The notes under the pieces: generated by a model
Told to the model about the DNA's origin: nothing
Database searches by the model: none
The model's input: only the letters and a program-made list of their open reading frames with translations
Position numbers and translations under genes: made by a program
DNA from: Botryllus schlosseri
Lineage: Eukaryota
Length of the DNA stretch: 64,000 bases
Reading direction: 5' to 3'
NCBI GenBank assembly: GCA_051294905.1
Contig: CM119386.1
Location: forward strand, 2,232,001-2,296,000
Shown: piece after piece, positions 49,901 to 59,505 of the stretch
Layout: every line of letters starts with the position of its first letter
Numbering within the stretch: position 1 is the first letter of the stretch

Positions 49901-52900
49901 GTATGAGTGCGTGTGCAACACAAGCTCCTGCCCGACATTACCATCTGCTGACTGTGACAAATACCAAGTAGAGGTAATAATATATAGATTTCCTCTTCTG
50001 GGTATGCTATCTTACATGTTCTGATGATGAAGTTGACTAGGTATGTGCTGTTTTCAACTCCAAAAAGGTGACATTCATGTTGCTATCAAGAGAAGTATAA
50101 TATTACTGTTGAGATCTGAACAGAGCTAGGAATTATCAACAAAATACCCATATATGACATATATTGTTTCCACTCTCGATTTTGAAATCCAAGCCAGGCA
50201 CACTTTAGGTTCAAAATCAAGCTTCCTTCCCAATGTGTAAGTGTGAGAGACCCATACATAACAATAATCATATGCACCCTCATTTACATTGCCTGGATAC
50301 ATACTCGACAAAATTTAATACCCAAATAAATATTTCATACTCCCCCTATAACAAAGTGCTCTCAATATACCCATCCATCTTGTTGCAAGACCAATCCATT
50401 CTTGAAATCATTTTTCTCGTCGAGTTTGGTCCCCGTATTTGTGTATCGTTTGGCATTACGTATTGAAACGAGACTGTCCCATATAATGCATTATATATAT
50501 GTGAGTTCATCAGAAATCAGTTGATATCAAAATCTCCTGATTATTCGAATCCGGACTTTTGACTAGGCTCGAATCACGTATTATATTCAATATTTAATTT
50601 CAAAATGAATTACCGATTACTGTGTGCATATAAACTTCAATATTTTTGGTCAACAATAAACTCTGGTTCACTATGGTATTAACATATACATATAATTCAT
50701 TGTTCAATGAAATTAGTATGAAATCTGATATTTTGATTACCTTACTCGTAAATCGTGTGCGTGTATTCGTAAATTGACGAACCCAACAGCACAAAATTTA
50801 GTCAGCCATTTTTTAAATCATGTCAAATTAAAAACGTACTGGGTTTACTTTTACATCGATAGCTGATCAATCTAAATTTAATCACAAAATATGGCAATAT
50901 TTACTGTCCATAGTGAATTCTTTTATAACCACATTAGCATGGTTACAGTTACTATCTTTCGTTATCAGGCATATCATACCTCATTTTAAGCAGAATCTGT
51001 TTTCATCTGTTTCCATACCTACTCTTTGGCGCCTGACCCTTTTCGCACCAAATTCTGTAATTGACCGTAAATTTCTCAGTATCCTTGGAAGGACTCAGTG
51101 TCCGCATGTTGCCCAAAAGAAAATCGATGCAAATGTAACCCGGATCCGAATGTGCTGCGTGGACTTTGCAACGAAAGCAGGAACGCGTACAGCGAATGCG
51201 AGACAGGCTACGAGCCGTATGTAGCGAGAGTGATGTCTGAAGATGACAATTCTGGGATATGCTGCGAGGTGCAATGCAAGTGTGTCAGTTGCAAATTGGA
51301 AAATGGAACTGTCGTGAAGGTATGGTAGTGCTTGTTTCCAATATATATAATTTTCTCCAATCCGCTTTATTCAAGTAAAGATAGACCACATGATCACAGC
51401 AATAAATGGATACAAGTATATGTTTTTTCGAAGCATGTCACTGGACACAGTAGAATTATGTAACGTTTCCAAACACAGTAAAAGCTTGTTACCTTGTTTG
51501 TACTCAGCTGCACGTACAAGTATTGCTGCAATTTTCTACTCAACCACTGATTCGGGCAAAACCTGTCCAAGTACAGTATTTCAGTGATGCAGTCACTTGC
51601 TAACCAAGTCTAGAAACACATACATACATGATGTTTGGGTCCCCATTCCTCACGCATTCATTTTTAATCCCGCAATTCCTCATCAACATTCTGATTTCGT
51701 TAAACATTTTTTCAGGTCGGCGAATCATGGACTGAAACAAAGCAATGCAATATCATCGACCATCACTGCTCAAACGAAAAGCTATCGAACACTTGCCACA
51801 AACTCGTCTCAAACGAGCGAGACGTTCCTTGTTCCTATACATCTGCTGATGCCTATGCTGCCGATAATTGTGCTGCGTTTGAGCATGCGGTTGACATTAC
51901 CAGCCCGGGAGGATGCTGCCCAAGCTACCGCTGTGGTGAGCCTTTCTGTTTTACCAAATAGTATTTTCTTTTGCTCATCAATTCTGTTTGAGTATCCGTA
52001 TAATCAGAATGAAGGGTGAAGGCATATTTGAGAATTGGTGACTGTTACCTTTAGAATGTTTTGTCAAAAGATGAAGTCCTAAATAGTTATCTGTTGGAAT
52101 TTCACAATGAACTTGGCTAATGGTACACTCTATGGCAATTTGCCTGATTGTAACTCCAGTCTCCAGGAACATGCAACTGTGTAGGCCTATGTGGACTGAA
52201 ACAGTATATAGTTGCTGCATACCATAATAATATGCATGTGTTACAATTACAATATGCAATTCCGTATGTGGCAATATATCATGGTTACGCTTAGACACTA
52301 TGCAGAAGCAAAACACGGACGGCAAATGCAGAATGTGACACAACCAAAATGAAACTGTAGCACATCTGATGTCCGGCTGTGGTGCACTTGCAGCTACCGA
52401 AAACACATGGAGAGACAATAGGATTGGTCACTACATTCATCTTGAATTATGCAAACATTTTAACATCACCACTTCGACAAAAAATTGGCGCAAAAAAAAG
52501 TGAATGCTGACTCATTAAACTGGCTGTCCCAGCTGATCACAACATACCACAAAAGATTCAGAAAAACAATCCAAATACGCAGAGCTCAAAATGGAATGTG
52601 AGAAAATGTGGTGATGCAAAATAAACATTGTGCCGATAATCATTGGCGCCACAGGGGTCGTGAGCAAAAAACTCATGAGACATATCCAACAGATTCCGGG
52701 TAACGTTCGATTCGACATGATAAAAAAGATCACATTATTGGACACTGTGTATATTCTTCGAAAAGCCTTGAATGCACCAATGGATTAAAATTACACTGGT
52801 GAATCACAGCATAATTTCTGTAATTTCGATTCTTCATTCTCAATCATCTGTAATCTGACTTCTCCATCGCTTGCACAGGAATAACAATTTGAATGTATTA

Positions 52901-55900
52901 CTGAAATTTTAATAATTTACTCCAACCTCACCCTTTTCCTTTTGGGGCAGTTTGCTCCCCGGATTATGTGTGTTTTTACCAGTTTTACTGTGAATAAATA
53001 ATATATTTTTATAATATTTATCAAAGACGTAGTACAGAGGTATATGTAAAGAATGCTAATGTATTTGGAAATTATTATTATTCCAGGCCATGAAAAATTT
53101 TCAAATTTAATTGATGGTATGAGTTGCTTAACAATGGTTTTCTTCGCAACACGGCAACACATCAAATGTGAACTTCATGTTGAAATCCATATTCAACAGA
53201 GCCATGCACAACTTCAACATGGAATTGCGATTCATCAAACGAAGTCAGACTACCGACTGAGAGCAATCCTCGTTGCCCTGGAAACTGCACTTGCGTTCAG
53301 CCAATGCAAGAAAAGAATTTGAAGGCGTGCCGCGAAACTGCAAGTTGTGGGGTGTATGAGAAGCCTCGCTTGCTATCATCAGGCGCCGCTGGGGGTAAAC
53401 AGCACCCGGACCATTGCTGTCCCAATTATGAATGTGTCTGTGACACTTGTCCCAACACTACTGTCACTAGAGACCAGCTTACAGCTAGATCAGAATACTG
53501 TGAGGAGGTTACTGTCCAGCCTCCTGGAGATAGAAAATGCTGCTTGAATTATCATGTCACTTGTGGTGCGGATTGCGCTTGCGAAGAGATAAATCTGATG
53601 TGCAGCTCTACAACTGGCTGTGAGCAAAAGCCGGGTAAGTCCAGCTTAATCTTATCCCTGTTTATTCTTACGTCAAAGGCAGGTAAGATACGGCCCGAAA
53701 CGGGATTTTGAGCTGTCCGCAGACAGTTTTCGGTCTTACATGATAATGTGTACCATGGTCACAGTCTAACGCAATCTACCACATATGTCTCATTGCATTC
53801 AACATCTATTGGAGTACATTAACAAGACAAAGATGCGTTGCAGTCTAACAGATGTTCATGTGCTGTCTATACTAAGGGTTTTTAAGTCTGACAGGCAGCC
53901 AGAGTTCCTCGAACTTGTTAACAATTTTGATCGACCACAGATGTCTTCTTGACTTCAACAGCTATTGAAGAACTTTATGATATCTAATTCATGAGATACT
54001 GTTTTTATGTCTCTAAGCTTTAAACTTGAAGCCGACACTAAATACAATTATTTCCATGTATAGGTGGATGTATCAATTCAGGAATCCGGCCCGCAAGTAC
54101 TTCATTTTTCCTTACCAGGCTAATCGACTGAAGAAGCTGCCCTCCCCTGGCTTAAATGATTGCTTAAATGATATAGAAGTCCCTCCTATATATTTGAGAA
54201 TTGGAAACCCCAATTCGAAAGTATTGCTGTGTTTACGGCATTTGATGCCGTTTCGCAACCACGGTCATTTGTACGCCAGGACTATGCATAATTGCTAAAC
54301 CTTTGGCAAAATTAACTTTGGCTCAATGGTTTTATAAAACAGTACGAGTATAGATACACCTCCAAGACAGGAAGCAGGAATCCTTCACAGTTGAATAAGC
54401 CATATCATGATTATATCCTTTGCTTTTAGTGTCAACGAACCAATGCAATTGCGTGACCGAGGCAGTATGTCAGTGCAACAACGCGACTTGCCCTCAAAAG
54501 TCTTGTGGCGAATGCCAAGAGCTGCAAGTAACGAAACCGACATCGAATCCTGCTCTTACATGCAACGGTAACTGTTGTCCGGAATTGACGTGTGTGCCGA
54601 AGCCCTGTCCGGAACAAGAAGATACGACCATTCCGTCGAAATGTACTCATCTGGAACAGATAAGTGTCTTCTTATATCCTTTTATCGGTTACCCCTGAAA
54701 TCTAGGTCTGAATACAAGCTTCTTCTGTACGTCTTCAGTGCACCAGCGTATCTTTGTGAGCTAGTGTCAATGTAAAATCCTGGAGTAGCTCTACATTCTC
54801 AGTCGCAAAAACTCTTGTCAGTTCCAAGAGTCAGAACACCGACCTACAGATTATTATTATATTATTATTATGTTTGGGATATTTTGTCGAAATATTTTTG
54901 CCAATATATTTACTCTAAACTTTCAACTGACTCTAATCGAAAGCAAACATCAAGAAATACATAGCTTCAAATCAGAAGTAGGCTATTATCAGAATTACTG
55001 TTTGTGACATACCCTTACAGACAAAACATACATCCCAAGATACCATCGGCCGCTAAAACGCACGATACATCGTAACCACAAAAATGCTGATACATTACCA
55101 CAGCACCATCGAAATATACCTTTGTACTATTCATTATTCTAAGCTTTTCTTGTAAGGCCTCTGTCCAAAATGTTAGAGTGACTAAATTGTCCGTTCGTAC
55201 ACATTGTTTTCTGCTACCTCAACGTTCAGTACCATTAAAACATTGCAGTGATATCTATAGTTTCTATATATACCTGAAACATTGTAGCAATGCATATTAA
55301 TTTCTGGTTGATGAAATGTAATTGATGCTGTGTGACGACTGTGCCATAATATTTAATGTTAAATTGAAAAAACTATGTATGGCGTCTATCATTTCAATAA
55401 TTATAAGATGAAGTCATTTTCCTCTGGAGTTTTCAAAGGCACTGAATTTGATATCCCTAATAATGTAAAAATTACCTGTGTAATCAAGGGTGTTGAGAAG
55501 CAACGTGAATAAACAAGTCTAGTTTGTGATGAAAAAATACCTTATTAGGTAAATTCCATTGAAATGGTCTTATTATTTTGGTTGGGGTTAGGGTTATGGA
55601 AAAACTCCTCATCTCAAAACAGGTCGCTGCAATGGATAGCAAGACAGAGCCGCTTTCTTCATAGATGAATTATGGTCATTTGTCTGTTCCATATTTCCTG
55701 AGATTTACTCTTGGTTCTTTTCAGCACAAATTGGACTATTCGAACGATACGTGCTGTCCTAACAAGGAAATCGCCTGCAAAACCGTTCTCAACGAATGCC
55801 CTTACCCGATTTTGACGTCTTGTCCGGAAGGTTTCGATCTGCATACGACCCCAGCGGCAGACTCCACTGACTCGACCGTGTCCAATGTTGCTGACTGCCC

Positions 55901-58900
55901 GATGATCGATAAATGTTGCCCGCATAGAACTTGCGTTTGCAACTCTTGCAAATATCCGAATGGCACCCTTAACGTTGGTTCCGAGCCTGTGTTTTCAGCG
56001 GACAGGTAGGAAATATTTCGATTTTAAAGACACGCGAAATCTTTATGTAGAAAGGTTCAATAACAAACTGATTTTACCTTTTCTATATACCCGGGTGCAT
56101 ATATAAACTGCTTCAGTATTTAGTTCACTAAAACTTCCGTTAAACTTGAAATATATTTACGTACTAAGAAACCACAGCTTTAAATAAAATTATAGAGACG
56201 ACAGATTTCGTGTTAACAAGAGAGGCTGTTTACATATTCATTTGGGTGCCTCAAAGTCTACTTTTAGAAAAATACTCCAATCAAGTCTGTGCTGAGCTTT
56301 GCGACGCGATTGTTCATGTACAATGCTCTTTCCAATTCTCTACTAGTTACTCACAATCACCCCTGACAAGTGTCAGTCGAAAATCTTGGGTTCATTAAAA
56401 TGTGAATATAGGCTACTAATTAATTGTATATCGTAGCCATTTACTTCCAAGAAGCTCTATGTTATTTAATCATTCATATAATCACCAAACCAGCAATCAG
56501 GGTTGTAATGACTCGAGTCACGAATTTTTTGTGACTCGACTTGACTCGAGTCATTTTCTTGAAATGGGAAAATGACTCGACTCGACTCGAGTCAATATTT
56601 GGATTGACTCGACTTGTACTCGAGTCATTGCGCGTGACTCAACTCAAGTCATTGACTCGGCTTATTTTATGTGACTTGAAGGTGAAGAAAGTTGCGAATC
56701 ACGATGGTTAGATCAACGCATGTCACGAATTCTGTCGACATCGTTATTTGTCACCACTGCTTTCGTTGCACTCCTCTGATATCAGATATGCGCCGCCGTA
56801 AAAACAAAAGACAATGGTACATAGTAGCAAAGAGCAATGCATTGTACAAAATCATCCAGTGATGAAGAGGTAATAGATCCTCCGCCATCAAAGTACTCAA
56901 GACATTTCAATTATACAAGCAAACAATCGAAGCAAAGTCCAATTAGAGCCAAAGAAATGACTCGGATGGTCAAGTAGCCTACTTGGAAGAGACTGATAAG
57001 CTCATGTGTAGATATGAAGTCGATGATTCTTTGCATTTTTGGCCGGCTAGAATGGATGAGTATCTAATGGTCTTCAGTGTGGTTCAAAATTGGATTTCAA
57101 TTCCTGCATCTAATGCACCAGAGGAACGTGTATCCAGTGGATGTGGATTATTCTAAGGCCATGCCGCCTCAACATATATGAGAATCTCCTTTTCACTTTA
57201 GTATTTTTCAAGTGTAACTCATTGATTTGATCTGGTGTCTGTGAAAACACACAATACCCTCCGTCCGTTTGACGTTTTGTTAGGTATGTGCATTGTGCAC
57301 GTGATAATAATGAATGGCTAATGTTGTGTGATATTTGTACAATGGGGCCGATCAAAAATACCTTCTTTTTTATTCTATTTGGTGGCTACATGATAAAATT
57401 GCTACGTTGCATAAAAAGAACACTGAATCTGGCCTAATTTGAAAAAGTGGAATCAATGAAATGAGAGGAGAAAATTTTGGATTTGAAAATACATGGAGTA
57501 TTTTAGTGAGAAATGATTTCATATAATATAATTACATACTAGCAGTAAGTCGACTATTTTTTCATATCCGAAATATTCTACTCTAATAACTCCGCTTCTT
57601 CTAGTTGGAATTGAGCCAAATTTTCTATGAATCATATTTTTACACAATCTAACAATATCATGAGGTAGCCGGTATATTTCGAAAGTCTCTATTTGTAATT
57701 AATCCAAAATATTTTCTCTTAGCATTGCTTTCTACTGGTTGGAATTAAGCCAAATTTAGGTTCTTTTAGATAATCTAACAATTTTAAGAAGTAGCCTCTT
57801 TTTTGAGATTCTGTCCTCATTTTTGAGAATTTTTTTGGTAATCATAGGGCAAATTAGACTAAGATACAGTGAATCAGCACTAAAGTAACGCTCCGGCGAC
57901 TATTTCGGCAGCTGAGCAGGAAAGTTGACCTTTTTTTCTGGTCAACCACCTGATATGATGTGAAAGCAAAACTGTACCTCTACATAAGCGTTTATCTGAT
58001 GAATCTGTACCAGCTTGTATCTAGCTAGACGTGAATTCGGAGGTCTTCTATCAGATAGTATGTAGACGCGAATTCGTTAATTCTCTATAAGCTATTGGTG
58101 AGCGGTCGTCGATGTGCTCGTTATAAAAACTTAATGCTTTTATTTGTGATATATCAGACTGACAAGACAGATATTTGATTTAAAGTTCTAAGATTAATAA
58201 CGTTATCGTATTGGCGGCATGTCTCGTCTATCTGTAGCATCGGTATATGAGGCCAGGAACTGTCTGTTATCTGCCTAACTAAATAAACTTGTACCAAGAC
58301 TATGATAGGGACAAAATAAGCATGTTTGGCAAGCAAGAAACTCGATATCACCCAAGCAGGATTGAAAACATAAGTTGAACATGACTTCAATAGTGTGACT
58401 TGGACTCGACTCGAGTCATAACACTATGACTCGGACTTGACCCTTAAAACGGTGACTTGGACTCGGACTCGAGTCGGTGATTAATTGAAAATGACTCGAC
58501 TCGACTCGAGTCAAAACCAAAAAAGTCAGATTGACTCGTGACTCGGAACCATGTGACTTGGTTACAACCCTGCCAGCAATTCGCGCCTATGCTTGAAGCA
58601 TTATGGACTAATTTAAAATCAGCCATCAGTACCTGTGCGAGATCGAAGCTTTTCTACATTACATACCTTTACTACAAAAGTGTAAGCGACCACTTCAATT
58701 ATCTCTCACTCTATACAATGTGTTTTAAAAGATGCACAAAATACACATGCACGAACGGTGCCAAAGATGCGGACGGCTGCTATGTTGTGACTGAAGAGAG
58801 ACCCCAGTGTAGCCCCGCCCCACTATTGAAATGCTACCAAGAGTTGGAGACTCCGGCTGCCTCTCCCAGTGCTACGACAGCAAACGGCTTCTCATCGAAT

Positions 58901-59469
58901 TGCTGCCCTCAAAACAGGTAATTCGGAAGTAATTTGGATCTTACTCATATACTGCATGAAGGGCAAATTCGATTTGGGTATTGATTGTAATGGTTCTAGT
59001 CAACTACTGAGGCAAGATTTTTTTTGTACACCTCTTTCAACCAAGTGTGATACTAATAACAAGAATTGCTATTGCTACTTTCTTCCCACCTTCAGAGCCT
59101 TGACATCTTGGTTGGCCGTATGGTATCATCCAAAACTATATACTTATGTAGAAACGGCATTGTTGTGCGTAGCGATTACCCATCATTGTCGCAAATCAGA
59201 ATTAAAAAGGAATAATCGGAAATATACCTATTTATCCTCAATTTCATATGTGACTGGCGAAATTTCTACGTTGTAACAAGAATGAATGCTTGACTCGGCC
59301 TGAAGCGTAATTTTTTATTCGGAATCTCATATCTTGGTTACTCGCTTTTTCACAACCCTAGCCGCATGTGCTCTGTTTTTGTAGCGTTGCGGAGAAATCT
59401 TGTGGACCAGACTACGTAGCAGGGCCTGATTCGTGTGCTTTTCCGAGAGTATTGCAAACTTCGTATAAG
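486..59469 (+). CDS. Giant multi-exon vWF/gel-forming mucin-like secreted protein (partial: D3 end - mini PTS - Cys-rich - D4 - tandem Cys-rich super-repeats with trefoil inserts); 62 exons in window, continues beyond both ends
   Basis: Hand-traced exons with polypyrimidine-AG acceptors and GT donors (three AT donors) splice into one stop-free frame with matching intron phases; 10,962 nt = 3,654 codons. VWD, C8 and TIL motifs are recognisable by similarity to vWF/MUC2-type D assemblies. No start or stop codon in the window. Confidence 0.93.
1036..1292 (+). mobile_element. tRNA-derived SINE
   Basis: A-box-like TAGTGTAATGG (1042-1052) and B-box GGTTCGATCCC (1086-1096), followed by a body (ACCAAAGACTC...GGTATCCGCGGCTATCCTG...) that recurs inverted at about 60800-61075. 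Confidence 0.8.
2274..3448 (+). CDS. Thr/Pro/Ser-rich mini mucin segment on micro-exons (2274-2294, 3211-3231, 3395-3448)
   Basis: Three phase 1-1 exons of 21, 21 and 54 nt, each with an AG acceptor and a G|GTA donor, read [32 protein letters not shown]. Further micro-exons could have been missed. Confidence 0.72.
3603..7864 (+). CDS. Cys-rich vWC-like linker between PTS and D4 (exons 3603-3652, 4549-4689, 5006-5119, 6637-6779, 6841-6979, 7672-7864)
   Basis: AYRLCPNTC.../[15 protein letters not shown].../[35 protein letters not shown].../ECERASC...[16 protein letters not shown]...[24 protein letters not shown]...[10 protein letters not shown]. All phases are compatible; 61-nt intron at 6780-6840. 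Confidence 0.87.
5546..6301. mobile_element. hAT (Charlie-like) MITE
   Basis: Termini CCGTGGTTCTCAAC ... GTTGAGAACCAC with subterminal GGGGTCCGC repeats; TSD not clear. Confidence 0.6.
7936..7968. repeat. (AG)n microsatellite
   Basis: Perfect AG run. Other short runs: (AG)n 15700-15718, (CTAGCA)n about 39437-39465, (CAT)n about 61662-61679, (GTT)n about 63712-63731. Confidence 0.9.
8455..13606 (+). CDS. VWD domain of D4 assembly (exons 8455-8578, 9312-9414, 9472-9682, 13438-13606)
   Basis: [31 protein letters not shown] at the start and [18 protein letters not shown]...DEFGNSW near the end are hallmark VWD motifs (GDPHY.TFDG; GLCG.C...DD; FG.SW). Confidence 0.93.
9845..10030 (-). mobile_element. 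Related tRNA-derived SINE (diverged subfamily)
   Basis: Reverse complement reads ...GTGAGTTCAATCCCCGGCCGGGTCAGACCAAAGACT...ACTGGTATC..., matching the head and core of the 1036 SINE. Confidence 0.65.
10807..12060. mobile_element. hAT-type non-autonomous element with internal ~320-bp duplication of its 3' part
   Basis: TIRs CAGGACCGTAAC / GTTACAGCCCTG (10/12); 8-bp TSD GGTGTATG / GGTGTTTG (7/8); 11413-11720 is repeated at about 11731-12050. Confidence 0.7.
12069..13101 (+). mobile_element. hAT element with decayed transposase C-terminal fragment
   Basis: 16-bp TIRs CAGACTTGGACAACTA / TAGTTGTCCAAGTCTG. The internal frame [27 protein letters not shown] (about 12520-12610) resembles the hAT dimerisation domain (D.L.WW....FP.L). 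Confidence 0.7.
14327..16245 (+). CDS. C8-4 and TIL4 modules of D4 (exons 14327-14477, 15201-15285, 16066-16245)
   Basis: ...[12 protein letters not shown].../[28 protein letters not shown] (C8-type Y...C...V.WR...C), then [23 protein letters not shown]...[22 protein letters not shown] (TIL). Confidence 0.88.
16612..16872 (+). CDS. Cys-rich exon leading into the super-repeat array
   Basis: Phase 1-1 exon [13 protein letters not shown]...[11 protein letters not shown]...[18 protein letters not shown]. Its end resembles the end of the last exon of each repeat unit (CPTIDLNC). Confidence 0.82.
17312..25933 (+). CDS. Super-repeat unit 1 (12 exons, 824 aa, no trefoil)
   Basis: Exons 17312-17547, 18072-18361, 18707-18892, 18957-19041, 19100-19241, 19732-19868, 20491-20660, 21341-21469, 22153-22351, 23066-23305, 24595-24814, 25496-25933; all GT-AG. 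About 114 Cys and 13 CC dyads by hand count. Confidence 0.92.
25984..26333 (+). mobile_element. hAT MITE with GACTCGAGTC palindrome arrays
   Basis: TIRs CAGGGTTGTAA / TTGCAACCCTG and a perfect 8-bp TSD TTTATTAT. Confidence 0.85.
27327..40734 (+). CDS. Super-repeat unit 2 (13 exons incl. trefoil, about 854 aa)
   Basis: Exons 27327-27556, 27619(or 27622)-27902, 29116-29271, 29336-29423, 29604-29745, 32517-32657, 33110-33246, 33715-33884, 35223-35354, 35419-35614, 37032-37271, 38957-39173, 40306-40734. Each is homologous to, and in the same phase as, its unit 1 counterpart. Confidence 0.9.
27557..27621 (+). other. Non-canonical intron, AT donor (AAG|ATAAGT ... TTACCAGCAC), unit 2
   Basis: Read-through hits TGA within 6 codons. 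Homology requires a phase-0 junction after CPFLEK. The acceptor is AG (27618) or AC (27621), both in frame. Confidence 0.78.
29950..30510 (+). mobile_element. CR1/L2-type LINE 3' fragment
   Basis: Broken frames [18 protein letters not shown] / [14 protein letters not shown] and [15 protein letters not shown] resemble the CR1/L2 ORF2 C-terminus, followed by a 3' UTR shared with four other fragments. Confidence 0.7.
30880..31135 (+). mobile_element. CR1/L2-type LINE 3' UTR fragment with AATAAA and (ACTGA)n-like tail
   Basis: Aligns with 30270-30510 and, inverted, with 37505, 41975 and 61680. Confidence 0.6.
31200..32349 (+). mobile_element. GACTCGAGTC-family hAT derivative (left end decayed)
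   Basis: GAGTC/GACTC arrays at 31200-31320 and 32180-32340; right TIR TTACAACCCTG ends at 32349. Confidence 0.6.
32517..32657 (+). CDS. Trefoil (P-type) domain cassette exon, unit 2
   Basis: Phase 1-1 exon [47 protein letters not shown]. The six-Cys spacing with GCCYD matches the trefoil motif (C...R..C...C...GCC(F/Y)D...C(F/Y)). Confidence 0.82.
33895..34715. mobile_element. hAT-type MITE inserted 10 nt into an intron
   Basis: Imperfect TIRs (left TAGAGCGTTTTTTTTTTGTCA; right TGTCAAAAAATAACCGCGCTA); TSD ATGATACC / ATGATAAC (7/8); subterminal AAATTTTGAC repeats. Confidence 0.65.
37505..37870 (-). mobile_element. CR1/L2-type LINE 3' fragment
   Basis: Inverted copy of the same 3' UTR with a (TTCAA)3 tail at about 37508-37525. 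Confidence 0.65.
39660..40170 (+). mobile_element. GACTCGAGTC-family hAT MITE
   Basis: Starts CAGGGTTGTGA, body aligns with 25984-26333, right TIR degraded. Confidence 0.7.
41491..53634 (+). CDS. Super-repeat unit 3 (13 exons incl. trefoil, about 870 aa)
   Basis: Exons 41491-41720, 43273(or 43276)-43553, 45307-45498, 45555-45639, 45695-45836, 46753-46899, 47351-47487, 48570-48739, 49555-49686, 49775-49973, 51080-51319, 51716-51935, 53200-53634. Confidence 0.9.
41975..42340 (-). mobile_element. CR1/L2-type LINE 3' fragment
   Basis: Reverse strand [18 protein letters not shown] followed by the shared 3' UTR. Confidence 0.68.
42610..43205. repeat. Foldback / long inverted-repeat element
   Basis: Arms of about 200 bp (AAATTTTACTGGCTACC... 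/ ...GTAGCCAGTGAAATT); a related copy lies at about 57370-57815. Confidence 0.65.
43701..44278. mobile_element. hAT Charlie-like MITE
   Basis: TIRs CAGTGGTTCTCAAC / GTTGAGAACCACTC and a perfect 8-bp TSD CTCTAATA. Confidence 0.85.
46160..46625. repeat. Inverted pair of hammerhead-bearing repeats (about 165-bp arms)
   Basis: 46166-46320 is the reverse complement of 46450-46610. Similar pairs lie at about 35764-35990 and 48826-49250. Solo arms lie at about 7005-7110, 10160-10240, 24080-24260 and 56335-56420. Confidence 0.75.
46559..46592 (+). ncRNA. Minimal type I hammerhead ribozyme motif (best-preserved sense copy)
   Basis: ACTC-CTGACGA-G-tgtcagc-C-GAAA-ATGT-T-A-GGGT: intact CUGANGA/GAAA core, 1-bp stem II, near-palindromic AATGTT stem III, UUA triplet, stem I ACTC/GGGT. 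Structure inferred by eye; activity untested. Confidence 0.55.
46753..46899 (+). CDS. Trefoil (P-type) domain cassette exon, unit 3
   Basis: Phase 1-1 exon [49 protein letters not shown]; 26/44 residues identical to the unit 2 trefoil. Confidence 0.82.
54430..59469 (+). CDS. Super-repeat unit 4 (first 4 exons; rest not found in window)
   Basis: Exons 54430-54659, 55725(or 55728)-56005, 58732-58917, 59385-59469 ([29 protein letters not shown]), homologous to the first four exons of units 1-3. Confidence 0.88.
54660..55727 (+). other. Non-canonical intron, AT donor (CAG|ATAAGT ... TTTTCAGCAC), unit 4
   Basis: Same position (after CTHLEQ); acceptor AG at 55724 or AC at 55727. Confidence 0.78.
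56498..58572 (-). mobile_element. Long GACTCGAGTC-family hAT derivative with transposase relic and nested foldback
   Basis: TIRs CAGGGTTGTAA / TTACAACCCTG and perfect 8-bp TSD CCAGCAAT. The arrays run opposite to the 25984 copy. A + strand relic [17 protein letters not shown] (about 57097-57147) resembles the hAT motif SIPASSA.VER.FS. Confidence 0.8.
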
Positions 59470-59505
59470 GTAATTCACATTTCTTAGAAATTCTAACCGT
59501 CTTCG

